A model generated the notes under the pieces. The model did no database searches and had not been told where the DNA came from. It saw nothing but the letters and a program-made list of their open reading frames with translations. The translations under genes were made by a program, and so were the position numbers. Below are positions 8,833-17,550 of a stretch of DNA of 35,639 bases, piece after piece (positions within the stretch are counted from its first letter, which is position 1; every line of letters starts with the position of its first letter). Source of the stretch: an uncultured Lachnospiraceae bacterium (GTDB taxonomy: Bacteria; Bacillota; Clostridia; UBA1381); assembly GCA_964454725.1 (NCBI GenBank), contig CAYVUD010000001.1, positions 1 to 35,639 on the forward strand, read 5' to 3'.

Positions 8833-9864
8833 ATGCGTAAATTAATAAAGCAATTAAGCGATATGCGGGGCGTATCGGGTTTTGAATACAGACTTGCGGA
8901 CAAGGTTGCCGAGCTTTTTATGCCGTACTGCGACGAGGTTCGTTCCGACGCGCTCGGAAACGTCATAGCGGTTAAGGAGTGCGGCAAAAAGGACGCGCCG
9001 AAAATTCTTATCGAGGCGCATTGTGACGAGATCGGTCTTATGGTGACCTCCGTAACCGGCGAGGGCTATCTGACCTTCGCGCCGGTCGGCGGAGTCGATG
9101 AGCGCACACTGCCCGCCGCCGAGGTTACGGTTCACGGCAAAACCGACGTTTACGGCGTGATAGGGATTAAGCCCGATTACCTTCTTGAAGCCGGCAAAAC
9201 GGTTAAAATAAAAGATATGGCGATTGATACCGGTCTTGACGCCAAAACGGTTTTAAAGACCGTTTCCGTCGGCGACAGCGTTACGCTGCCGCAGTCTGTC
9301 GGCGCGCTGGGAAAATCGCAGTGGAGCGGAAAGTCGCTTGACGACCGCGCGAGCCTTGCCGCCGTCATAACGGCGATGAAGAAGCTTTCGGGAAAAGACT
9401 TGGACGTTGACGTTTACGCGGTCGCGGCAGTTCAGGAGGAGGTAGGCTGCAGAGGCGCGAAAACGGCGTCCTACGGCATAAATCCCGACCTTGCGATAGC
9501 GATTGACGTAACACACGGCATAACGCCTGACAACTCAAAGGGCGCGTTTAACTCAGGCTGCGGCGCGGTTGTGGCGTTAGGTCCGAATTTGCACCCGAAG
9601 CTTACGGAAAGACTTTTGTCTACGGCGAAAAAATACGGAATAAAAACCGAAAAAGAGGTTGAGGGCGGAGATACCGGTACGGACGCGTGGGAAATTCAGA
9701 CCGCGCGCTCCGGCATACCGACGGCGCTTCTTTCGATTCCGTTAAAATATATGCATACGTCCGTTGAAACGCTTTCCGTTTCGGACGTTAAGGCGGTTGA
9801 AAAGCTTCTGGTAGGCTTTATAACCGATTTGAAGGGAGGCGACCTCGAATGGCTTGCCTTTTAG
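8833..9864 (+). CDS. M42 family metallo-aminopeptidase (TET/YsdC/FrvX-like), paralogue 1
   Basis: All five M42 metal and catalytic blocks are present: EAHCDEIG (His), SLDDRAS (bridging Asp), VQEEVGCRGA (Glu-Glu), AIDVTHG (Asp) and KYMHTSVE (His). Confidence 0.88.
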   Translation: MRKLIKQLSDMRGVSGFEYRLADKVAELFMPYCDEVRSDALGNVIAVKECGKKDAPKILIEAHCDEIGLMVTSVTGEGYLTFAPVGGVDERTLPAAEVTVHGKTDVYGVIGIKPDYLLEAGKTVKIKDMAIDTGLDAKTVLKTVSVGDSVTLPQSVGALGKSQWSGKSLDDRASLAAVITAMKKLSGKDLDVDVYAVAAVQEEVGCRGAKTASYGINPDLAIAIDVTHGITPDNSKGAFNSGCGAVVALGPNLHPKLTERLLSTAKKYGIKTEKEVEGGDTGTDAWEIQTARSGIPTALLSIPLKYMHTSVETLSVSDVKAVEKLLVGFITDLKGGDLEWLAF

Positions 9865-10862
9865 AAATGCTCTCCAACACCTGCGGAGTAAGCGGAAACG
9901 AGCATAAAATCCGCGATATTATAATAAAAGAGATAGCTCCGTATGTAAACGAAATAAAAATTGACACAATGGGCAATATTATTGCCCGAAAATACGGTAA
10001 AAGCGGTAAAAAAACAGCGTTAATCGCGCATATGGACGAGCCCGGATTTATAGTTTCCGGAATAACCGATACCGGCTATGTAAAATTCAGTCCCGTCGGC
10101 AAAATCGACCCGAGAACTATAGTATCAAAGCGCGTTTTGATAGGCGAAAACGAAATCAAGGGCGTTATCGGTATGAAGGCGATACATCTGCAGAAAAAGG
10201 CGGAGCGCGAAAATGTTGCCGCCGTGTCGGACTTATTTATAGATATTGGCGCGAAAAATAAAAAGGAAGCGGAAAAGACGGTTGCGCTCGGCGACTATGT
10301 AGCGTTTGACACCGAATTTAAAGAAATCGGCGAAACCGTAAAGGGAAAAGGACTTGGCGCGGCGATAAGCTGCGCGTGCCTTGCGGGAGCGTTAAAAAAC
10401 AGCGGCGACAGCGATATTTACGCCGTATTCGCGGTTCAGAGCGAGATTGAGGGCAGAGGCGCTCATATCGCGGCATACGGCATACAGCCGGACGAGGCTT
10501 TGATAATCGGCGCCGCTGACGCCTCGGATATGTTCGGCGCGAAGCCGCGGGAAAAGACGGTTAAGCTCGGAAACGGCGCGGTTATCGCGTATGCCGATAA
10601 AAACACGAGGTTTGACAGAAACGAAACGGACAGGCTTATACGGCTCGCCGCCGAAAACGGCGTTAAAACACAGATTGGAAGCTTCGCCGAAAATTCAAGC
10701 GACGGCGGCGCGGTTCAGACCGCCTGCGCGGGCGCGGTAACGGTCAATATTTCCGTGCCGTGCAGATATTTGCATACACCGGTAAATATGGCTTCAAAGG
10801 CGGATATTGAGTCGGCCGCGGCGCTTATCGGTCTATTTATAAGGAACGGAGAAACAAAATGA
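9849..10862 (+). CDS. M42 family paralogue 2 with substituted active-site residues, a probable non-catalytic subunit
   Basis: The fold signature is the same (GVSGNE, AHMDEPGF, RYLHTPV). The LDDR/LDNR block reads LGAA (Gly170, codon 10356-10358). QEE reads QSE (Ser198, codon 10440-10442). The start has a GGGAGG RBS and overlaps the end of paralogue 1 by 16 nt. Confidence 0.8.
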   Translation: MACLLEMLSNTCGVSGNEHKIRDIIIKEIAPYVNEIKIDTMGNIIARKYGKSGKKTALIAHMDEPGFIVSGITDTGYVKFSPVGKIDPRTIVSKRVLIGENEIKGVIGMKAIHLQKKAERENVAAVSDLFIDIGAKNKKEAEKTVALGDYVAFDTEFKEIGETVKGKGLGAAISCACLAGALKNSGDSDIYAVFAVQSEIEGRGAHIAAYGIQPDEALIIGAADASDMFGAKPREKTVKLGNGAVIAYADKNTRFDRNETDRLIRLAAENGVKTQIGSFAENSSDGGAVQTACAGAVTVNISVPCRYLHTPVNMASKADIESAAALIGLFIRNGETK

Positions 10863-11842
10863 AATTACTTGAAAAATTAACGCGGATAAACAGTCCTTCG
10901 GGCAGTGAGGGCGCAATAAGAGAGCTTATAGAAAACGAAATAAAGGATTACTGCGACGAAATCGGAACGGACGCTTTGGGAAACCTTATAGCGCATAAAA
11001 AGGGAAACGGCGCTAAAATAATGTTTGCGGCTCATATGGACGAGATAGGCGTTGCCGTTTCGTTTATAGACGATAACGGCTTTATACGCTTTACAGCCGT
11101 AGGGGGCTTGTGCGTAAAGGAGCTTTGCGGCTGTAAGGTTCGATTCGCGAACGGAACGGTAGGCGTTATCGGAAGCGAAGAGGAAAGCTTTGACAAAAAA
11201 GCCGATATTAAAAAGCTTTATATCGACGTCGGCGCGAAAAACAAAAAGGACGCGGAAAAGAAGGTTAAAATAGGGGACAGCGCGGCGTTTATCGGCGGTT
11301 ATTACAAATCCGGCGACACGGTAATATCAAAGGCTCTCGATAACCGCGCCGGCTGTTACGTCCTTATCGAGGCGATGAAAAAAATCACGGCTGCCGAAAA
11401 CGATTTGTATTTCGTCTTTACGGTTCAGGAGGAGGTTGGGCTTCGCGGCGCGAAAACAGCCGCGTTTGCGATAGAGCCTGACTTTGCCGTCGCGGTTGAC
11501 GTTACCGATACGGGCGATACTCCCGAAGCGCCTTTAATGGCGGTAAGCTTGGGCAAGGGCGCGGCGATAAAGGTTATGGACCGCTCGGTTCTGTGCGACA
11601 GCGATGTGCGGACGCATATGCTTGAAACGGCAAAGGCGAATAAAATTCCGTATCAGCTTGAGATTATGACCGACGGCGGTACTGACGCGGGCGCAATTCA
11701 TCTTTCAAAATCGGGCGTTAAAACAGGCGGAATTTCCGTGCCGACACGGTATATCCACTCGCCGTCGGAAATGGCGAGCGTATCGGATATAAAGGCGTGT
11801 ATAGCGCTTACGTCGGCATTGGCGGAAAGTAAATGGAATTAA
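10859..11842 (+). CDS. M42 family metallo-aminopeptidase, paralogue 3
   Basis: The motifs are intact: AAHMDEIG, ALDNRAG, VQEEVGLRGA, AVDVTDTG and RYIHSPSE. Its start overlaps the stop of paralogue 2 by 4 nt (ATGA). Confidence 0.88.
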   Translation: MKLLEKLTRINSPSGSEGAIRELIENEIKDYCDEIGTDALGNLIAHKKGNGAKIMFAAHMDEIGVAVSFIDDNGFIRFTAVGGLCVKELCGCKVRFANGTVGVIGSEEESFDKKADIKKLYIDVGAKNKKDAEKKVKIGDSAAFIGGYYKSGDTVISKALDNRAGCYVLIEAMKKITAAENDLYFVFTVQEEVGLRGAKTAAFAIEPDFAVAVDVTDTGDTPEAPLMAVSLGKGAAIKVMDRSVLCDSDVRTHMLETAKANKIPYQLEIMTDGGTDAGAIHLSKSGVKTGGISVPTRYIHSPSEMASVSDIKACIALTSALAESKWN

Positions 11843-11866
11843 ATTAATCGGTGGAGGCGGTTTAAT

Positions 11867-12529
11867 ATGGCGACTTGGGTAGTGCATTTGAGAATAGCCG
11901 ACTGTTTTCTTAATAAAATAAACGGAATAAATCCGGAAGAGTTTGTCGCGGGAAGCGTGGCTCCGGACTGCGGTTACGGCAAAAAGGACAGCGCGGGCGA
12001 GTTTGTCCCTCCGCCTAAAATTACGCACTGGACTCCCACGGGCAGTAAAAAGGACTGCCGTTACAAGGATTTTTACCGCGAATATCTTATGGATAGGGCA
12101 AGAGATGACGCGTATTGGTTTTATTTCGGCTACTACGTGCATCTTTTAACGGATATAATGTGGTCGTCGCGTATATACCTGCCTACGTGCGATAAATATG
12201 AGTCGGAGTTTATCCACTCGGAGGATTTCACAAGGCGCGTAAAGCGCGACTGGAATGACCTTGACCATAAGTTTTTGCGTGACAATCCGGATTTTCGCAC
12301 GTTTAATATACTTGAAGGCATACAGTCCGTAAAGGACTATCTTCCGTATTACGAAAAAGACCAGCTTACAATTCAAACAAGGTTTATCGTGAATTATTAT
12401 AAGAAAAATTTCGGAAAAAACGGACTTGACAGGGAATATACATATCTTACCGAAAAGAAGGTTGACGAGTTTGTGTCCGCCGCCGTTGAGGTTATTGAAA
12501 TGGATTTAACAAAAAAGAAGCTTATATAA
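11867..12529 (+). CDS. Uncharacterised protein, possibly zinc-dependent phospholipase C-like fold
   Basis: The 220-aa protein has no signal peptide. The pattern N-terminal W4..H7, APDCGY, ITHW and YYVHLLTDIMW resembles the Trp/His/Asp zinc ligand layout of the Zn-PLC superfamily. The RBS is GGAGG. The assignment rests on motif pattern only. Confidence 0.4.
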   Translation: MATWVVHLRIADCFLNKINGINPEEFVAGSVAPDCGYGKKDSAGEFVPPPKITHWTPTGSKKDCRYKDFYREYLMDRARDDAYWFYFGYYVHLLTDIMWSSRIYLPTCDKYESEFIHSEDFTRRVKRDWNDLDHKFLRDNPDFRTFNILEGIQSVKDYLPYYEKDQLTIQTRFIVNYYKKNFGKNGLDREYTYLTEKKVDEFVSAAVEVIEMDLTKKKLI

Positions 12530-12531
12530 AA

Positions 12532-12555
12532 AGGAGCGGACGTAAGTCCGCTCCT
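12532..12555. terminator. Bidirectional terminator between convergent genes
   Basis: The stem AGGAGCGGAC / GTCCGCTCCT (10 bp) closes a GTAA loop. It is flanked by AAAA on the left and TTTAATTA on the right. Confidence 0.8.
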
Positions 12556-12559
12556 TTAA

Positions 12560-13588
12560 TTATCTTACCATTTCGTCCTGCTTTCCGGTTGCCTTGTGCG
12601 ATTTTATTATCGACTCAACCTCGTCAAGCGAGCTTATAGACATATCGCCCGAAACGGTGTTTTTAATAGCGCTCAACGCGTTTCCGACTGACATAGCGCG
12701 TTCTATGCCGCCGTCGGAGAGGATACCGTACAGCACTCCCGCGACATACGCGTCGCCGCTTCCTACGCGGTCGATAACCTCGATATTTTCATAATGAGGC
12801 TCCTCGTAGAACTTGCCGTCATAATAAATCCTTGAGCCGAAATTATGCCTTGTGGGGCTTACCGCCTCGCGCTGCGTGGTCGCGACTATTTTACAGCCGT
12901 ACGTATCCGCGTAGCCCTTCATTATCTCGTCAAGCGTGCCGGTGCGCCGCAACATTCTTCTTGAGGTTTCCTCGGAAACGAACAGAATATCCACGAGCGG
13001 GAATATCTTTTCGATAACCTCTCTTGCTTCCTCCTCGCTCCAGAGCGTCGCGCGGTAGTTTACGTCAAACGATATCGCGACGCCGTTTTTCTTCATCAGC
13101 TTTATCATCGCCAGAGCCGTTTCGCGCAAATTCGGGTCGAGCGCGAGCGAAATGGAGCTTATATGGAATACGCGCGCCTTGTCATAAATATCATCGGGAA
13201 TTTCCGAGAGCTTCAAAGAGCATACCGACGCGCCTACTCTGTCGTAGACAACCGCCGACTTACGCGGATAAACGCCGCTTTCGTAATAGTAAACGCCCAG
13301 ACGCTTTTTATCGGTCGTGTCCCATACAACATAGTCGTCGCTTACGTTTCCGTAGCGGATACGGCGCGCGATAAAATGCCCCATTTTGTTTTTGGGGAGT
13401 TTTGTCACAACCGCGGCGCGTATGCCCAGACTCGCCGCGCCGGAGGCGACGTTAAACTCCGAACCGCCGCAGTTTTTCTCAAATGTTTCGCTTTGCGAAA
13501 TTTTTTCCTTGTTGGGAGGGGAGAGCCTGAGCATAACCTCTCCGAAGCTTATAAGGTCAAATTCCGCCTGTTTCTTAATAAAATCCAT
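12560..13588 (-). CDS. kdgK: 2-dehydro-3-deoxygluconokinase (PfkB family)
   Basis: It has the KdgK-type N-terminus ISFGEVMLRLSPP, then GGSEFNVA and the PfkB signature DRVGSGDAYVAGVLYG. It is adjacent to a pectin/rhamnogalacturonan locus. Confidence 0.85.
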   Translation of the reverse strand: MDFIKKQAEFDLISFGEVMLRLSPPNKEKISQSETFEKNCGGSEFNVASGAASLGIRAAVVTKLPKNKMGHFIARRIRYGNVSDDYVVWDTTDKKRLGVYYYESGVYPRKSAVVYDRVGASVCSLKLSEIPDDIYDKARVFHISSISLALDPNLRETALAMIKLMKKNGVAISFDVNYRATLWSEEEAREVIEKIFPLVDILFVSEETSRRMLRRTGTLDEIMKGYADTYGCKIVATTQREAVSPTRHNFGSRIYYDGKFYEEPHYENIEVIDRVGSGDAYVAGVLYGILSDGGIERAMSVGNALSAIKNTVSGDMSISSLDEVESIIKSHKATGKQDEMVR

Positions 13589-13622
13589 ACCATAACCTCC
13601 TTTGAGTTTATTCCTTTATTTA

Positions 13623-13651
13623 ATTGTACCATATATTTTGAAAATATTCAA
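13623..13651 (-). promoter_or_regulatory. Candidate sigma-A promoter of kdgK
   Basis: The minus strand reads TTGAAT (13651-13646), a 17-nt spacer, then TGgTACAAT (hexamer 13628-13623). Confidence 0.55.
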
Positions 13652-13872
13652 CGGAAAATTGTAAAATTTTACTTAATTTTAACAGATTTTATCTTATAGT
13701 TACCTCTTATCAAATTATACCTGTATGCTAAAGAGCAAGGCTCTTTTTTAATTTCAAATTTAATTTCAAAAAACATATAAATATATAAGCGATTATTGGG
13801 TTTTACAAGTTCTTTTGTGCAAAATGAACAAAAATGCGTTGAAAATTTATCTATTCAGTCCATAAAAATATC

Positions 13873-13901
13873 TTGGAAAAATGTTTAAATAATGTTATAA
13901 T
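13873..13901 (+). promoter_or_regulatory. Candidate sigma-A promoter of the PL11 lyase / ABC transporter operon
   Basis: TTGGAA (13873-13878), a 17-nt spacer, then TGtTATAAT (hexamer 13896-13901), about 30 nt upstream of the start codon. Confidence 0.6.
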
Positions 13902-13933
13902 TTATTTATGGAAATAAAAAATAAAAGGAGCGT

Positions 13934-16900
13934 GTGTTAATTTTGAAGAAGGCTCTAAGTTTCATTTTGGCAGCGAGTATGCTGTCGGGTCTTACAACCG
14001 CTGTTTCGGCTGAAGATAATTCTCCGGCGCTGTACGGCGGTAAGGGGGAGATAAGCGTAAAAGCCGATCCCACGATTTCAAACAAGGGAAATGTCTTTTT
14101 TATTAACGGTTCGGTTACAACAAGAGGATCCGATAAGGAAAAAGGCTTAAATCCTTACATTGAAATTCCGGAATCATATCTGTACGACGAGGCAAACGGT
14201 ACGTATACGATGAAAAAGGAGTGGTCGGTATCATTTGACTGGTACGGCTTATCTCAGGGATTCAGGTACGCGTTTTACACCGGTACCGACGACATAAACG
14301 GCAACGGAATAACGGGAATATACTTTTTCCCCGATTCAGGCTCGACAGCCGTCGCGGAAGGTCTTGTAAACGACGAGAAGAAATTCACGCAGGGCGGAGA
14401 ATATGTTTCAACGAAAAAGGAATGGCATAATTACCGCATCGAGTGGAAAAACGAAAGTCTTACAGTGTATAAGGACGGCGAGGAGTACATAAAGGCTAAA
14501 GGCGGCGGATACGCTTATTCGCTCGACCGCAAGCCGATAACAAGACTGGGCTATACGCCTTACGCGTCCGACCCGGGCGCATACGCGTATGTGGATAACA
14601 TTATCGTTAAAAACGGCGAAACCGAGCTTTTAAACGACACCGCCGACGCGCAGTATACCGAAATCACCGAACTGCCGCCGGAGCCGGATCCTATCGTTGT
14701 AAACACGGATATTTCGGACGGCAGCGAAACGCAGAAGCTTATAGACAACCGCCCCGACATACAGCGCAGGGTTGAAAACCTCGACCGCGGGCTTGTCGCG
14801 GTAAGCTCCGAAGCCTACGGCTTTATTTCGTGGCGCTGGCTGGGTACGGAAAGCGCGGATACGAGATATAATCTGTATAAAAACGGCGAAAAGTTAAACG
14901 ACGAGCCGATGAACAAGACAAGCTATATTGACTATGCCGCCAAGCAGGGCGACAAGTACTCCGTGGCGGCGGTTATAGACGGCTCGGAGGGCGAAAAGTG
15001 CGATGAGAAGGAGCTTTTGAGCGAAAGCTACCTGTCAATTCCGTTAGATAAGCCCGAGGGCGGCAAGGTCACGTTCTATGACGGCAGGGAAGAGGAATAC
15101 AGCTATAGAGTCAATGACGCTTCAACAGCCGACCTTGACGGTGACGGCGAGCTTGAAATAATCCTCAAATGGGATCCGACGGATTCGCGCGACAGCGCGC
15201 AGTCGGGACCTACGGGCAGTACGGTATTTGACGCGTACAAGCTTGACGGTACACGGCTCTGGAGAATCGATCTCGGAATTAATGTACGAAGCGGCGCGCA
15301 CGATACGCAGTTCCTCTGCTCGGATTTCAACAACGACGGAAAAGCCGAAGTCGCGATGCGTACCTCCGACGGCACGAAGGACGGCGCGGGAAATATTATC
15401 GGCGACGCCGATAAGGATTGGCGCGATTCAAAAAGCGGAAAAAACATTACGGGTCCGCTGTATGTTACGGTTTTTGACGGCGTTACGGGAGCGGAGATAG
15501 ATACGGTTGATTTCTATCCGCAGACCTCAGATGAAAAGGACGGCGTTAAATGGGACGTAAGCTCGTGGGGCGATGATTGGGGCAACCGTTCCGAGCGCTA
15601 TAACGCGTGCGTGTTCTACGAGAACGGCGTTACTCCGTCGATGTGCTTCGGCAGAGGCTACTATGACAAGACCGTTCTTACCGCGTACAGTATGAAGGAC
15701 AATAAGATAGTAACGGACTGGATTTTCGATACCGACTTAATAAAAGACAAAGACGAAGCTAATAAATACAAGGGCAAGGGCAACCACTCTATGGCTTCCG
15801 CCGATGTTGATTATGACGGGAAAGATGAGCTTATATCCGGCGCGCTGGTTCTTGACGACGACGGAACCGTTCTGTACGCGGTTGACGGCGCTCAGCACGG
15901 CGACGCGCAGCATACCGGTGATTTAATTCCCGAGAGACCCGGACTTGAAACCTTTTCGGTTCACGAGTGGGGAACATACGGACATAATATGAGAGACGCG
16001 CGTACCGGCGAGCTGATCTGGTATTCGCCTATGGGCGACATCGACGTAGGCCGCGGCGCGAGCGATGATATAGACCCGACCCATAAGGGCGCGGAGAGCT
16101 GGTCCTCAATGACTATGCTTATTGCGTCCGACGGAAGTCTTATAACCGACCGCTACAGTATCCCCGCGAATTTCTTCGCGTGGTGGGACGGAGATTTAGG
16201 CCGAGAGGTTCAGGACGGAGTAAATATTTCAAAGTATAATCCGTATACTTACAGAGTTGATAATATTGAGACGTTTGCCGACTGCCATTCAAATAACGCG
16301 GCGAAGTCCAATCCGACGCTTACTGCCGATATTCTCGGCGACTGGAGAGAAGAAGCCGTATATCCGACTCTTGATGACAGCGAGCTGCGTATTTACACAA
16401 CGACAATCCCCACAGGCTACAAAATTCCGGCGCTTATGACGGACACACTGTACAGAGATTCCGTATCCGTTCAGAATGTCGGCTACAATCAGCCCACGCA
16501 CGTCAGCTATAATCTCGGCTACGATACAACAGCTATACCTGTGCCGCAGATTTACACGGTTGATTCCGACGGAAACGAGGTAAGAAATCCCGACCTTTCA
16601 AAGAAGGAGTGGGGGATAGACGCTCTGTATGAGGGCGATACGGTCAATCTTGCCGTAGGCGAGCCGAAGGCTCTGGTGAGCGGAGCGCCGTATTACATAG
16701 ACGGTAAGGACAACACGACCGCGCCCTATATTAAAAACGACAGAACAATGGTTCCGATGCGCTTTATTGCGGAGGCGTTCGGAGCATACGTAACTTGGGA
16801 CGCGGAAAACAGACAGGTGCGGATTCAAAATACCGGCACGGATCTTTTGCTGACGGTTGACAGTACGGATTATACTTTAAACGGAAAGTCCGATACAACC

Positions 16901-17515
16901 GACGCAGCGCCCGAGATTAAAAATGACAGAACCTTTGTTCCTATCCGTATGATAGCGGAGGCGATGAATAAAAAGGTTGACTACAACTCAAACGGCGTTA
17001 TCGTGATAAGCGATAAGTCTGTTGAGACCGACCCCGATAAGACTCTTGAAACCATAAAGTCGGCAAAGGCGATACAGCCGAAGGGCGACGTTCAGTATAC
17101 AAACGGCGAAAAAATGTCGATGACGCAGACAACGCCTGTTCAGGTACTCGTAAGCGAGGGCGACGGCGAAGCGGCATACGACCTTGATTACAATACGGCA
17201 TGGAAAACAAACGGCAAAGGCATAATGATGATGGAAACAGATACGTCGCCGACAAGCGCGGTAATCATTAAGTTTGCCGATAACGCAAAGCATAAGTTTA
17301 AGGTTTATACGCATTGGGGCTTATCCGATGCGGATAAGGAGGATATAACCAACCTTGACGGCTGGGAAAAGCAGTTGGATACCGAAAGCGACGGCAGCAC
17401 GGACGCCGTAACTTATATTTTCCCGGTTCCCAAGTATACCAACGCGATAAAGCTTGAGCTTCTTGACGATACACCGTGTGAGATTACGGAAATAGGCACT
17501 ATCGGAGTGCAGTAA
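13934..17515 (+). CDS. Secreted multidomain rhamnogalacturonan lyase (polysaccharide lyase family 11, YesW/YesX-like core)
   Basis: It has a signal peptide. The core from about 14765 to 16525 matches the B. subtilis YesW beta-propeller closely (VENLDRGLVAV, NDASTADLDGDGELEIILKWDP, DAYKLDGTRLWRIDLG, GAHDTQF, NNDGKAEVAMRTSDGT, GDWREEAVYP, LRIYTTTIPT, GYNQPTH). The flanking domains are an N-terminal beta-rich domain of about 230 aa, two copper-amine-oxidase-N1-like repeats (IKNDRTMVPMRFIAEAFGA and IKNDRTFVPIRMIAEAMNK) and a C-terminal domain of about 150 aa. The start is non-ATG: either the GTG at 13934, only 3 nt after AAGGAG, or the TTG at 13943. Confidence 0.9.
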   Translation: MLILKKALSFILAASMLSGLTTAVSAEDNSPALYGGKGEISVKADPTISNKGNVFFINGSVTTRGSDKEKGLNPYIEIPESYLYDEANGTYTMKKEWSVSFDWYGLSQGFRYAFYTGTDDINGNGITGIYFFPDSGSTAVAEGLVNDEKKFTQGGEYVSTKKEWHNYRIEWKNESLTVYKDGEEYIKAKGGGYAYSLDRKPITRLGYTPYASDPGAYAYVDNIIVKNGETELLNDTADAQYTEITELPPEPDPIVVNTDISDGSETQKLIDNRPDIQRRVENLDRGLVAVSSEAYGFISWRWLGTESADTRYNLYKNGEKLNDEPMNKTSYIDYAAKQGDKYSVAAVIDGSEGEKCDEKELLSESYLSIPLDKPEGGKVTFYDGREEEYSYRVNDASTADLDGDGELEIILKWDPTDSRDSAQSGPTGSTVFDAYKLDGTRLWRIDLGINVRSGAHDTQFLCSDFNNDGKAEVAMRTSDGTKDGAGNIIGDADKDWRDSKSGKNITGPLYVTVFDGVTGAEIDTVDFYPQTSDEKDGVKWDVSSWGDDWGNRSERYNACVFYENGVTPSMCFGRGYYDKTVLTAYSMKDNKIVTDWIFDTDLIKDKDEANKYKGKGNHSMASADVDYDGKDELISGALVLDDDGTVLYAVDGAQHGDAQHTGDLIPERPGLETFSVHEWGTYGHNMRDARTGELIWYSPMGDIDVGRGASDDIDPTHKGAESWSSMTMLIASDGSLITDRYSIPANFFAWWDGDLGREVQDGVNISKYNPYTYRVDNIETFADCHSNNAAKSNPTLTADILGDWREEAVYPTLDDSELRIYTTTIPTGYKIPALMTDTLYRDSVSVQNVGYNQPTHVSYNLGYDTTAIPVPQIYTVDSDGNEVRNPDLSKKEWGIDALYEGDTVNLAVGEPKALVSGAPYYIDGKDNTTAPYIKNDRTMVPMRFIAEAFGAYVTWDAENRQVRIQNTGTDLLLTVDSTDYTLNGKSDTTDAAPEIKNDRTFVPIRMIAEAMNKKVDYNSNGVIVISDKSVETDPDKTLETIKSAKAIQPKGDVQYTNGEKMSMTQTTPVQVLVSEGDGEAAYDLDYNTAWKTNGKGIMMMETDTSPTSAVIIKFADNAKHKFKVYTHWGLSDADKEDITNLDGWEKQLDTESDGSTDAVTYIFPVPKYTNAIKLELLDDTPCEITEIGTIGVQ

Positions 17516-17550
17516 AGAGCGATTTATTTTTAAGAAAGGACTTGATATAA

